Below are positions 51,701 through 64,000 of a DNA stretch of 64,000 nt, one piece after another. The translations under genes and the position numbers were made by a program. Under the pieces are notes generated by a model, which was not told where the DNA came from, searched no databases, and worked only from the letters and a program-made list of their open reading frames with translations. Numbering within the stretch: the first letter of the stretch is position 1; each line of letters opens with the position of its first letter. This DNA is from Paragordius varius (Eukaryota > Animalia > Nematomorpha): NCBI GenBank assembly GCA_964247055.1, contig OZ176056.1, forward strand, positions 4,030,001 to 4,094,000, in the 5' to 3' direction.

Positions 51701-54700
51701 AAGGGCAAGAGCTGCCCAACCCTTAACAAGCGCAATCTCAAACAAGGCTCGACAAAGGCGACCCGCACTTTGTGTCACATACGTTGTATCAGCTGCTAAA
51801 CTAAAACCCTCAAGTTTTAGGCGTGATATGTAGGCTTGGAGTAAAACATTAATCTGTATTTGCATATATATACCATTTACAATTCAAATTCACCCTTAAA
51901 CAATTTTTTTAACAATTCACCCTTAAACAATTCAATTCACCTTCGATTAATGCAACATCACCTTAAAACAATTCAAATTTACCCTTAAACAGTTCAACAT
52001 CACCTTCAAACAATCCAAATTCACCTTCAAACAATTCAAATTTATTTCGAACAAACATCACCTTCAAACAATTCAAACATCACCCTTGAACAATTCAAAT
52101 TCACTCTTAGAACGATTCAAATTTACCCTTGAACAATTCAACATCACCTTAAAACAATTCAAATTCACCCTTGAGCAATTTAAATTCACCCTTGAACAAT
52201 TCAAATTCACCACCTAAATGAATGATGTGTTTTTTAAGATTAAGTATCACTTATATCATATTACCTATATTTTTTAAAAAGGAAATTTTATATGTAATCA
52301 AAAAATACACTGAAAAAATAAAATACTTTCAATAAAAATACGATTAATTTTAATGATGAATTATTTTAGACCGAAATTTCATAATTTATTTTTAGGATGA
52401 ATATAAATTGTTCAAGGGTGAATCTGAGTTCAAGGGTGAATCCGAATTGTAAATGGTATATATTAAATAGGAAAAAAAGCAAAAAAATAAAATAAGGGTG
52501 AATATTTTAAATTTTATTGTATACACTAATCTTATTGTATAAAAAAATCTAAAATTGCTAAATCCAAATATGAAAAAGAAATTTCGGCTTTATTGTATAA
52601 GCTGTTTAAAATAAATAAAATTGGTTGATTTAATTAATATAAAAAAATAAAAAATGTTAAAAATAGGGTTAATAGCCGAATGTTTTCCTTTAAAATATCA
52701 TATATATTCAATAAATTAAATTATCAATTGTGCTTTTTACAAACTAAATCAAACATAGGCTGGCTTTGTAAAGGGGTTAATGTCGACGCGATATTATAAT
52801 AGAGAGTAGGGGGGACGGAATATTTAAATATACCATCAATTCAAATTCACCCTGGAAAATTCGAATTCACCTTTGAACAATTCAAATTTATCCTAAAAAT
52901 AAATATGTGTTTTCAGGCTAATATAACTCATCATAATAAGAAACATATTATGGCATAAATTATTATTTTTTTAGTATTGCGTTAAATTCAAACGAAATTT
53001 TATTTTTTAAAAATATAAGCTTTTAATTTTAAAAAACACAGGTTATTTTAGGGTAAATTTGAATTGCTTAAGGGTGAATTTGAACTGTAAATGGTATACA
53101 ATAAGTGTTAAATTTATTTGTATGTTAAAAACGAATTTTATATAAATATTTTAAAAATAAATTTTAAAAAGCTTATATTTATTTTTTTACAAAATAAAAA
53201 CTAACCTTGGCACTGGATTCTTCAATATTTTCTTTAATGGGTATGGGTACACGTTCAAGTAATTTCGTTAATTCCAATTTTTCCTCCTAAACGTAGAAAA
53301 TAAATAAGACTGCTATAAAATAATTTTAAAAAAATATATTTTAAATATCATGATAAAATACTTATAATAACAAAGCGTAAAAAAAAGTAAAATACAAAAT
53401 AAATCCTTTTAAAAACAGCCATACTTTTTTAATTCTAAATTTATCACAACCTTTAAGATTATAATTGAAATATGTGATTAATAGTATTACCATTTATTAT
53501 AAGTAATACCTATTTTGCGACCTACAATAAATTATAATTTATTAGTATTTAAAATTATAGTTGTCTTTCAATTTTACGTTTCGTCTTTATAATTATTAAT
53601 CATTATTGAATTTAAAATAAATTTCACCACAATATTATTTTATAGATAAAAAAGACTTACATCTCGAACCGTTATATTTTTAAATTCTGAGGACAAACTG
53701 AATACGCGAAACAATTCAATGTCAGACAGTGTAGGTTTCAGTAATTGATTATAAGTTGCCATACTTTCATTAGTACAATAATATTGGGAGGCTATGCGTC
53801 CCAACTCAGTTACCTGTATAAAACAATTTTATTTTTATGAATAAATAATACATGGATTAATTAAAATAAAAAAAGATAAACCTGATATGTTTCAAATTAA
53901 CATTTTTTGTAAAAACAAAACCCAGTAATTTCTATAATGTTATGATTATAATTGTACACTATGAAATATAGCGTGATATATAAACAAATGTCTGTCTTTA
54001 TTCATCTAAAACAACAGTTTAAGGATATATATTTAAAATATATGAGTATTAATGTAGGGCGTTTCTAATTTTTACCTAAACTAAAAATACAAAATTAATT
54101 TAAAATATATTCCATTTCACTAAGAATAGGATAGCTATAAAACAAAAGTTAATGTTGGCTTAATAAAACAACATCTTTTAACTCAAAGAAAATCAAATAT
54201 ATCCAAAACCTATAATCGTAAAAATTAAAAAAAAATGTGTAAAACCTGAAAAGTGCCAGTCCGTTTATCATATTTTATGAGGTTAGTTTTATCAAGTCTG
54301 TGTGCCGCAGTATGGACCAAATCAGTCCTACGTTTTTCTAACAAGGGGTCAGTATTGCTTGCTTCAGCATTATCTATGCCATAAAGACTGGGATTACGTA
54401 ACATACGGACGTATAGATAGGTATAAGCTAACCATTCTTTAGCTTCTGTAATATCACGCACTGTGCCCAACACAACTTCGGCACACAAAGAATCAGGGAG
54501 GCGTGAAATTAATTGACTTTCAATGGGTAACTGGTGTGGATAGTATAAAAAAAATGATAATTGTATATATGTAAAATAATAATATTTTTTTAACTAATTA
54601 TGTCAGATTATCATAAACTTTAGCGCCGTTTTTTAATTCATCTCGTAATCGGGTTATTTTAAAACGTGGGTACTATTAAACGTAAGGAGCCAAGTATAAA

Positions 54701-57700
54701 AAAAATTATTCATTAAAAAATAGTTTTTCTCAAAAAATATTCCACTCAATTGGAATATGCATTAAATTAGATTTTTTGAGTGGGAAAATGTTTATAATTA
54801 TCATACGTATAAACCGTTATTATAGTAATAAACAAAATTTTGTGGAATTTTAAGATCCAAATATTATAAAAAGGATCAATTAAATATAAAATCGTATTTA
54901 TATAAGCACAATTAAAATATATCTGTGTAATACTAAATAAAAAATTATATTAAATATTTTTTGCCCGATTTATATGCTAAATATAAAAAATGTCACTATA
55001 TATTGGTGGTGCTCTATATATAAACCATTCTTAAGTATTTTTAAAATTTCAAAAAGTATATACTTGTTGATTAAGCAGAGATAAATAGTATTGGAGTTCG
55101 GTGTGACTGGTAATGAGTATACCTAACCCTTTCGTGTCATATTGTGGACGTCCAGCTCGACCAAACATCTTTGACAAAAAAATAGTAAAAATTGAAAAAT
55201 ATTTTTAAAATTTATAAAATAAATTTTTTTATTTGAACTTTAAGTAGTTAAAAATGTATAACTGTTGTAATTTAAAAATATAAAGGTTGACATGTCAATT
55301 AAAATTAAATATGGAAAATTACGTTGAGTAATTCATTAGAAATCGATTAAAAATTAAATAAAAATTTATCTCAATTTCCAGAGTAAATAAATAATGTTAA
55401 AATTTTATGACTGGTCATTTTTCAAAACAATTTATATCATTAATTCCAAGAAATCAAAAAAGATGTAAAAAATCATGGATAAATTATACAAAAAGTTAAA
55501 AAAAGTCACAAAAATTAGATTTTTTCCTATCATTTTGATTTGCTAAAAAAATATTTGACCTGTAAAACATCAAGGGCAGGTAATTCGACCCATCGACCCT
55601 TCTCGGGATCATAAATTTGTGTTCCCTTTATAATAACTGTATGTGCAGGTAAATTAACACCCCAAGCCAAAGTTGAAGTACTAACCAAAAGTCGTACATG
55701 ACCATCAGCAAATAAATCCTCCACTAACGTACGATCAACTCTGATGATGCGAAAAAAAATGTTTTCAAAACAACATATTATTTTTCAATAAATCAATTAA
55801 ATTTAACATAATTCATAATATTTTTTGTTAAAAATAGGCTGAGAATCTGCCTTAATATTTTAGCATATTACTCATTGGAGTGGAATTCAATAAATTTATC
55901 TATTTTATGTTTATCATTTATAAATCAAATGTATGGGTACAATGATGCAAAAAAAAAATTTAATAAATCAATTAACTTAACAAAATTTATAATATTTTTT
56001 TGTTTAAAATAGGCTGAAAAGCTGCTTCAAATATAAGCATATTACTCGAGTAGCCAAGATTCATGAAATTTATTTGTTCTAGTATTATTAATTATAAATA
56101 AATAATGTTGGAAAAAAAATGTTTTTAAAACAACTTACATAGATTTTAATAAATTATTTTAACAAAATTAAAAATATATATACTATTTTTGTTAAAAAAG
56201 GTGAGAAACCTCAAATTTTAGCATATTACTCATTGGAGTGGCCAAAATTTACTAAATTTATCTATTCTATTATTATAATTTATAAATAAAATGTATGGGT
56301 ACAATGATGCAAAAAATGGTTTTAAAACAACTTACATAGATTTTAATAAATCAAAAATCAATTTTAACAAAGTTTAAAAAATATATATAATATTTTTTGT
56401 TAAAAATAGGTTGAGAAGCTTCAAATATTTGCATATTACTCATTGGAGTGGCCGAAATTTACTAAATTTATCTTTTCTATTATTATTAATTATAAATCAA
56501 ATGTATGGGTACATGGAAAAAAATGTTTTTAAAACATCTAACATAGATTTTAATAAACCAAAAATCAATTTTAACAAAATTAAAAATATATATACTATTT
56601 TTTGTTAAAAATAGGTGAGAAAACTCAAATTTTAGCATATTACTCATTGGAGTGGCCGAAATTCACTAAAATTTTTATCAATTATAGCTAAAATGTATGG
56701 GTATAATGTTGGAAAAAAAATGTTTTTAAAACAACTTACAAAGATTTTAATAAATCAAAAATCAATTTTAACAAAATACATAAAATTTTTTAAGCATATT
56801 ACTCATGCCAAGATTTATAAAATTTATACATTCTATTATTATCATTTATAAATAAATAATGATGGAAAAAAATGTTTTTAAAACAACTTACATAAAATGT
56901 ATAAAGCCGCCCGAATAACCTAAAGAATGTAATAATTTTTTAAATTATATACAATATTAAAATATTTGTTTATATAACTCTATTTTAATTTCTTACAACA
57001 ACATAACTTTTTTTTCTCCTAATTTTTAGTTATTTATATAATTTTACCATAAAAAAGTATTTTTTATTACCGAGTCATCCCTGCATGATGTATAGCAAAT
57101 CCATAAGGGAGTAAATCCTTTAGCTCATAATTTTTCACCTAATAAAGCAAATAAATAAATTGATATTTAGATAATAAATATAATTATAACACGTTAAATT
57201 TAAATATTTTATATTTTCGCTTCAAAAGTATCAAATTGTTATTGAAAATTTGGATTATACATCTATATATTTTTACATTTAGGCAAAAATCTTTTAAGGC
57301 TCTATATAAATTATATGGACAATACTATATATATATATATTTAAGTTTTTTGTCAAAAATCATGTACTAACCCATAATATATTTCTAGACAAAAGCCTTT
57401 AACTTAAACACCATAATTTTAAATTTTGCCCTAAATTTTACACCAAAACAGAATTAATAAAAAAAAATACAAAGTTTTTTATCAATTTTTCGCACTTGTT
57501 TAGATTTTAACAGTAAACATTTTTTATAAAAATCTAATTATTAATTGATAATCGATTAATAACTGTAAAATTTCGCACGATACTAAATGATCTTTTTTCT
57601 AAAAAATTTTGCCCTAAATTTTAACCCAAAAAGGGTTATTAAAAAGGATATTTTCATTTTTTTATATAACATTTTCACACCTGTTCAGATTCTGTCCTAA

Positions 57701-57971
57701 GTATTTCTGTAGATGCTGATGTTTCACCCCTCATAAATGAACCTAGGGTATCTTTTTCCAAGCATGTATCCCGGAGGTATCGGGCAGTTTTACCCGTTTC
57801 TTTACGTGAATGCACGAAAATTAAAATCTAAAAAAGAAAAATGATTTAGCAATTCAATATTTAGTAAAAAAATATTTTTTAAAATAGTTTTTTTTAATTT
57901 AGAATTATTTTTGTCAGCAAAATGAATATGAAAGAAATGAAAATAATGAATTAATTATTTAAATTTATATA

Positions 57972-58041
<70 letters not shown>

Positions 58042-61000
58042 TACATTTAAATAAAATTTAATAAAGGTACTTTTTAAATTAATAATGATAATACAATCCA
58101 AATTTATAAATTTTTTAAATTTTTCACAATTATATATTTATTTAATTAATTTGTAGGAAAAACAAAATAAATATCTCGGTATTTTTCAAATTGATGATAC
58201 AGTTCAAACCTGTAAACTTTTTTTATTTTTTTCATCAAATCAAATATTAAATTTAACATTTTAGGTGTTGATTAAATCTTTTATGAATGAAATATATTTA
58301 ACACACAGAAAATTATTTTGTTAGTGAAATATATAAAAAAATTAGGATTTAATTAAATATGAAAAAAACTTTATAAAAAGCCAAGATAAAAACCTGATTT
58401 GTTCCAGCATTTTCCATGACTTTCTCATACAATACTTCATTTATAATTTTGAGTTTTTTAAGTCCACTCTTTTTCTCAGCTATTCCAACGTAAGTTTGTT
58501 CAAGCGGAACCGGACGATATGAATTGTCAAAATAGAATAATCCTTTATATATATGATGTAACAAAAATAAAGTTAAATAAATTTAAAATAATTTATTTTA
58601 GAATTAAACTGAGTTTTTTTAAAATCGTTTATAAAAAAGAACCTTTTGAAAGATCAACCCGCATAAAGGTAGCCACATCCTTATAATTTGGTAATGTAGC
58701 ACTCAATCCAATTAATCGTACGTTATCTTGTGTAGTTTCAATGTTACGGATAGTTCTGTCAAACATATTCAAAATAATAAATTAATAAGTTGAGATTAAA
58801 ATTGAATATTAGATTATTTCAAAAAGTGTTTTTTGTTAATAAAGGGGAAAAAAATCAAAATGAAAAATAAATATATAAAAAAACCTAGCTATAAGACATT
58901 CCAAAACAGGCCCTCTGTCATCGTGTAACATGTGGATTTCATCCTAAAGAATATATTATATTTCATTCTTTAATTAAAACAAAAAGATTAATAAATGAAT
59001 AAAAAAATTTCAATCATTAGTTTACCTGAAAGTAAATTTATGAAACGTACAAACTAATTAGCTTATAGTCCTTATTTTCATATCCTTATATCAAAATTTA
59101 TAAATCTATTAGTTTTTTACAAAGCGAATAAAATTCGTGATGTTAACTATCCAAAATTTAGCTATTAAAAATTTTATACTATTAAATAAAGCTAAAACGA
59201 AAAAAAAATATATTAAAAGGACACTTAAATAACACATATAAATTAAATTTAGCCAGAGAAAGTTTTTCAATTATTAATTTAATATTTTCATATATATTCG
59301 ACATTTATAAAAAACAGCGATTTATATAAAAAAAATTCTAAAAGAAATAACCATTATAATAAGTCTAACAGATTGGGTATATGTCCTTTCACCACTCTTT
59401 CGCGTAACTATATCCCATTTTTCAGGCGTGCATACTATAACCTGCGTAGCTGAAATTTGTTCTTTATTGAGTTGCGAGTCCCCAGTTAATTCGGCAACTT
59501 TAAGGTTATAAACACCAAGACGCTATAAAAAAGTTTTTTTTGATGATTATTTAATTGATTGATTAAAAAAATTTAAATATCCGCAAACAACATTTATAAA
59601 ATTTGGAAATTAAGTTGGGAGTCCCCGGTTAATTCGGCAACTTTTAGGTTATAAACACCAAGACGCTATAAAAAGTTTTTTCGATGATTATTTAATTGAT
59701 TGATTGATTGAATATATAATAAAATGAAAAATTTAAATATCCACAAACAATATAGCTGAAACATAATTATATATATTATAAAATTTGTTCTTTATTTAGT
59801 TGGGAGTCCCCAGTTAATTCGGCAACTTTTAGGTTATAAACACCAAGACGCTATAAAAAGTTTTTTAATGATTATTTAATTGATTAAATAATTAATAAAT
59901 ATTTTAAATATCCGCAAATAATAAAGCCGAAATACAATATATTATAAAATGTTTAAATTGAGTTGACAGTCACCGATTAATTCAGCAACTTTAAGGTTAT
60001 AAACACCAAGACGAAAATTAATAATGCATTTATATTAATAATTTACTGAAAAAAAAGGCTATAATATAAAAATTAAAATATATATATATATTTTCATTAT
60101 AAACTTTTTAAATTATACAGTATATTAATTAACAAAAAGAGATTATATTTTTTATATGTTTTGCATTAGAAACAAAAAAGTTGGCCATTTGTAATCCAGA
60201 AAGATATTTATACATAAATTATAACTGCATTCTTTCTTCTAACAAATTTTATAATAATTTAATTTAACATTTAAAAAGACTTTATGTATTAAAATTTAAT
60301 CAAATTCACATTTAAAAATAAAAAAGTTGCTAACTTTTGAAAAGTTTCCAACCATTTCTTGTACCAGAGATTTCATGGGTGCAATATATATGACTTTGAA
60401 GTCATCGGCATTTATACTGCCATCTGCATTTATATGCTTTCCAATTTCACGTAACATAGCGAGCAAAGCTACGTTTGTTTTACCAGCTCCCTATAATATA
60501 TATAATATTTATAGTAAGAAATATACGGACAAAACTTATAATTATAAAGACATTTTTTTGTCATTTATAAACTGGAAATTTTTATAACTCATTGTTTTAA
60601 ATTGCATAAAAAAGGAATAGAGATGTATATGGGTAAGACTGTCAATTACATGTTTAACAATGTTATATAATTTATATAGGAAAAATTAGGTTTAATAATT
60701 AGGCATTCTTAAAAAATATTTGTCTTTATATTTTTACGTTGTGTCTGTATAATTTCAATTTTTAATATATAATAAAAAAATTCTTAGATTTAATTTAATC
60801 TATATACTTATCAATTGATAATTTTGAATGTTAAGTTACATTATAATAATACATTATTTACAAACTACTAAAAAAACGAAACTTTAATTTTATATTAATA
60901 AATAATAGGGATATTATGGGAAAAATCATTATAAAATTAAACCGAAATTTTCATTTTTAAACAGCATATTAATATAAAAGATCTTCTATAAAGACAAGGT

Positions 61001-63642
61001 TTAAATTAAAGATCACAATTTTATATGTCTAAATAACATTTAAAAGTAAAAATAAATAAATTTGATGTTACCAAACTTAAGTTTCAACTCAAATCTCCTA
61101 GTTTTGTAAAGGACATCCAATATTTTACACTTTAAACTTTTCCTTCAAATATACTATACAAACAAACTTTGCCATTTTATATTTAATTTAAGAATCCCAC
61201 ACCAAAGAATCTTAAAACTTTTTTCTCTTCAATTATATATATATACCATTTACAGTTCAAATTCACTCTTAGACAATTCAAATTCACCAATTTAATTTTA
61301 CCCTTGAACAATTCAAATTCACCCTGGAACAATTCAAATTCACCCTCAAATAAATAACATGTTTTTTAAGATTAAAAATTACCTATATTTTAATATATTT
61401 TTAAAAAATAAAATTTATTAGTTCGAAAACACATAATTTATTTTTAGGGTGAATTTGAACTGTAAATGGTATAAAATATATTTACCGTAGGTGCACAAAG
61501 CAAGATATTTTCATCCGTTTCTAGCACAGTTTGAGCCAATTTACTTTGAATGCGATTCAAAGTTTTGAAACCTTTGAAGGCTGGTTGGACATATTTTGGC
61601 AGCTTTTCAATGGGTAACAAGGTTTCACCCTCGGCAAATGGTTTAGGCTTAAGTGCTGGAACATGGACTTCTTCATAACCTTAAATATAAAAGTAAAAAA
61701 TTTGATTTTAAAATTTGAAATAAAAATTTTTTTGGGGGAATATATTGTCATGTTCAATAAAATCCATATATATAGTAAAAAAGTAAAATTACAAGTGCTA
61801 AAATGTAAAACTAAAAAACAATATTTGTTTTTTGGGTTTTAACAAAGAATTATATATAAAAATTATAAATACCTTTAACATATTCAATTACATATTGAAA
61901 AATTTCAATTTTAGTTAAAAATATATTTGAGAGTTGGAAATATGGTTGACATTATAATAATTATAGGAATATATATATTTTTGCCATTTTAAAATTAAAC
62001 ATTTTTTTGTAAAAACTACAATAAAAATTGGCAAATTCAACTCTTTTCTCATAATTGTTAGTGTGAAATTAATGTAATATTTTATGGAAATCATCAATCC
62101 CATTCATTAATATAAAAAATTTTAAAATAAAAACTTTTTTTCTGTTTTCGAAAAGATCCGTCAGGCAGGTGACACTTTTTGTTAGCCATTAAATGCCCAC
62201 CTTGGGGAAATGATAAATCTTCCAAGTCCAATAATTTTCTGTGCATCTATTATCATTCGATCGATAAAAAAATATTTTTAGAAAATAAAAATTAGCAAGC
62301 TTTTTTTTAATACGCATATAAATATCTATTGGAAAACATTTTTAAAAAAATTCATTAATTTTAATCAGTATACTTGATTTTCGATTAAAAAATACAATAA
62401 AAAATGTAAAAAATATAAAATAATTTAATTATAAAATAATTTAAATATAAAATAAATTATACATTTTCCAGGGCGGTGCTCTCAGAAACATCCACATTCT
62501 TAATTTCTCTGTCAATTTCAGATTGCCGATATGCCGCTCTGCGTTGTTTTTCCTCCTATAATTTTAAAAAAATATTATAAAAATATAAATAATGATTAAA
62601 TGTATAAAAAATAAATAAAAATATATAATTAATTAATAAATATAAGGTGGTTTATTAAAGAAAGTTTTAGCGCTAAAAACGAAGCAAAATCTTTTACATT
62701 TGTATATATGAGTATAAACTTTATAAAGTACTTATCAAAGGTAAGAGTTTATTATTTAGAAAACCAACCATTCTTGAAATCCTTAATATTTAAAACACAA
62801 CCAATATAAATTGAATGTTTTACCAATTTAAATCTCCATTAATTATTTCAAGGTTCAAAACTTAAAATTAATTTTAATTGTTTTTTTTAAAAAAAATAAG
62901 GGTTTCATATAAAAATTCGTTTACCCTTATATGCACCGTTTTTATTAAATTTTATTTTTTAATCAAATAAAAAAGCAATCACACTTTAAGCTGATATTCC
63001 ACACATTAATAATTTAAATAAATCTAAAAGAACAAAAAAAAATATTCCAACTATAAAGGAACAAAAAATTAAAAATCATTTAAAAATTTTTTCTTATAAA
63101 AGCAGAACAAAAAGACAAACTTTAATAATATTTTCTTGTTCGAATTCCCTCAGTTGTGTAAGAATACGGGCCAAATCATCATTTGCCTTCATAGTTTCTT
63201 CAATTTGTTCTCTTTCAGTTTCACTTTGTGCTTGAGCCAGTAATGTGCAATATAAAACTAAAAATGGTTAATTAAATTTATTAAAAGATACATCTTATAA
63301 TAAAAAAGGTATATTTCATCCATTAAAATAATTCATTTGCAGTAATGGATTAATAAAATAAAATAATAATTAACGCTGTATGAAAATGATATTATTAAAC
63401 ATTCATTTCTTAAAGGAAAATATATGGAGAGCAGAAATTGTAGATAATAATTTATATATTTAAAAATATATATATTTTTAAATAAAAGATTTTAAAAATT
63501 GAAATTTCTCTTAAATAAGATAAAAACAAAAAATATTAGGTTATTGTAATAGCATATTTCGCAATTTTCGTACATCAAATATTTATTTTTTAAATACTAA
63601 TTATATTGAAACCATTGATTGGCAAAAAAGCCTATTAAAAAT

Positions 63643-63681
<39 letters not shown>

Positions 63682-63883
63682 ATTTATTCATTTTGAATAG
63701 ACCACATTGTATGTAATAAATAAATTTAAAATGGTTAAGAGATGAAAAATTACTCATTTTTCGATACTTTCGGAGTATTTTGATAAAACTAAAACGATCA
63801 AATCCCAATAGAAGGACCAATCTATTCTCACAATCCCTCTCATCGTCCACCGAACTTTTTAGGATATCCAAAATTTCATTTGC
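36751..63883 (-). CDS. SNRNP200: U5 snRNP 200-kDa helicase BRR2; 39 exons in the window, N-terminal exons beyond the right edge
   Basis: Exons 63754-63883, 63121-63257, 62463-62555, 62135-62246, 61486-61679, 60335-60490, 59352-59522, 58885-58943, 58643-58755, 58394-58542, 57681-57827, 57071-57138, 55560-55740, 55064-55168, 54246-54530, 53661-53813, 53206-53286, 51666-51853, 50819-51071, 50156-50239, 50011-50081, 49758-49858, 49387-49560, 48163-48341, 47512-47610, 47242-47370, 46523-46783, 45619-45785, 45190-45313, 44475-44579, 42866-43034, 41728-41961, 40693-40857, 40035-40156, 39711-39857, 38872-39048, 37866-38095, 37369-37450, 36751-37029. All are GT-AG. Two helicase cassettes (APTGAGKT/DEIH and [12 protein letters not shown]), Sec63 units, and the terminal [15 protein letters not shown]. 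Confidence 0.97.
37051..37289. mobile_element. MITE family 1 (TA|CCATTTAC..GTAAATGG|TA) with 21-bp subterminal repeats
   Basis: Inverted ends CCATTTACA..TTCAAATTCACCC / GGGTGAATTTGAA..TGTAAATGG flanked by TA; the internal segment is shared with the other copies. Confidence 0.85.
42325..42556. mobile_element. MITE family 1 copy
   Basis: Same TIRs, slightly decayed; interior in reverse orientation. Confidence 0.8.
43106..43374. mobile_element. MITE family 3 (TIR ATTATACGGACAAAA); related copies at ~60519-60753, ~1528-1740 and ~17750-18000
   Basis: ATTATACGGACAAAATGTAA..AAAGACA is mirrored by TGTCTCT..TTACGTTTTGTCCGTATAAT. The interior (AAAGACAACCA, GTTACCAAT.TACAT) is shared between copies. 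Confidence 0.65.
44875..45152. mobile_element. MITE family 1 copy
   Basis: ACAGTTCCAATTCACCCTTGAAC left arm and three GGGTGAATT units in the right arm. Confidence 0.8.
49084..49323. mobile_element. MITE family 1 copy
   Basis: TA|CCATTTACAGTTCAAA ... AAATGG|TA. Confidence 0.82.
51873..52456. mobile_element. MITE family 1 copy with an expanded left-arm array (~15 units of TTCACCCTTGAACAATTCAAA)
   Basis: Intact TA-flanked TIRs; the tandem 20-21-bp unit runs from ~51885 to ~52215. Confidence 0.88.
52833..53094. mobile_element. MITE family 1 copy
   Basis: TA|CCATCAATTCAAATTCACCC ... GGGTGAATTTGAACTGTAAATGG|TA. Confidence 0.82.
55742..56900. repeat. Intronic tandem array, six to seven units of ~160-210 bp
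   Basis: The anchor GCATATTACTC occurs at 55863, 56037, 56221, 56431, 56635 and 56794. Confidence 0.85.
57972..58043. repeat. (TA)n microsatellite
   Basis: About 70 bp of near-perfect TA dinucleotides; shorter TA runs occur throughout the window. Confidence 0.95.
59476..60013 (-). repeat. Four tandem copies of a BRR2 acceptor plus exon start
   Basis: CGTCTTGGTGTTTATAACC..GTTGCCGAATTAAC.GGGGACTC (minus strand) begins at 59522 (real exon), 59665, 59850 and 60013. Confidence 0.92.
61246..61469. mobile_element. MITE family 1 copy
   Basis: TA|CCATTTACAGTTCAAATTCAC ... GGGTGAATTTGAACTGTAAATGG|TA. Confidence 0.85.
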
Positions 63884-64000
63884 CTGTCAATATAAAATAA
63901 AATATGTATAAAATTAAATATTCTACTTGTAATGATAAAAATTAAAGTAAATATTTTTGTTTTTATATATATGTATATAATCTTGAATGTCATATATATA

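Noticed and set aside
51885-52215. Short repeat array resembling a CRISPR
   Set aside because: Units are contiguous 20-21-mers with no unique spacers, inside MITE TIRs in a eukaryotic intron.
36544-63871. Short plus-strand ORFs within BRR2 (e.g. 44753, 45601, 51618, 56411, 60327)
   Set aside because: Either antisense to BRR2 exons or low-complexity AT-rich intronic frames.

Overview
This is AT-rich, intron-dense eukaryotic (animal) DNA; the species cannot be determined from the window. It holds four multi-exon genes built by hand from GT-AG exons. Two are tandem GH56 hyaluronidase paralogs on +: copy A is cut off by the window start, and copy B carries an in-frame TGA in its second identified exon. 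The others are an otopetrin proton-channel gene (+, 13 exons, ~976 aa) and a convergent SNRNP200/BRR2 spliceosomal helicase gene (-, 39 exons in view, 5' end beyond the window). An orphan 292-codon ORF lies between the hyaluronidase copies. Mobile DNA: a degenerate full-length Mag-like Ty3/Gypsy element with a 5-bp TSD; two copies of a non-autonomous Helitron carrying an internal ~320-bp tandem repeat; a 3.8-kb foldback element with ~1.7-1.95 kb inverted arms inside an otopetrin intron; and three MITE families. The most striking unexplained patterns are the repeated tandem duplication of splice junctions in BRR2 (including intact decoy acceptors that lead to stop codons), the giant intronic hairpin, and a ~210-aa sequon-rich loop inserted in otopetrin. 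Coordinates were counted by hand and may be off by a few bases. Similarity statements are by-eye alignments to remembered family sequences, not database searches.
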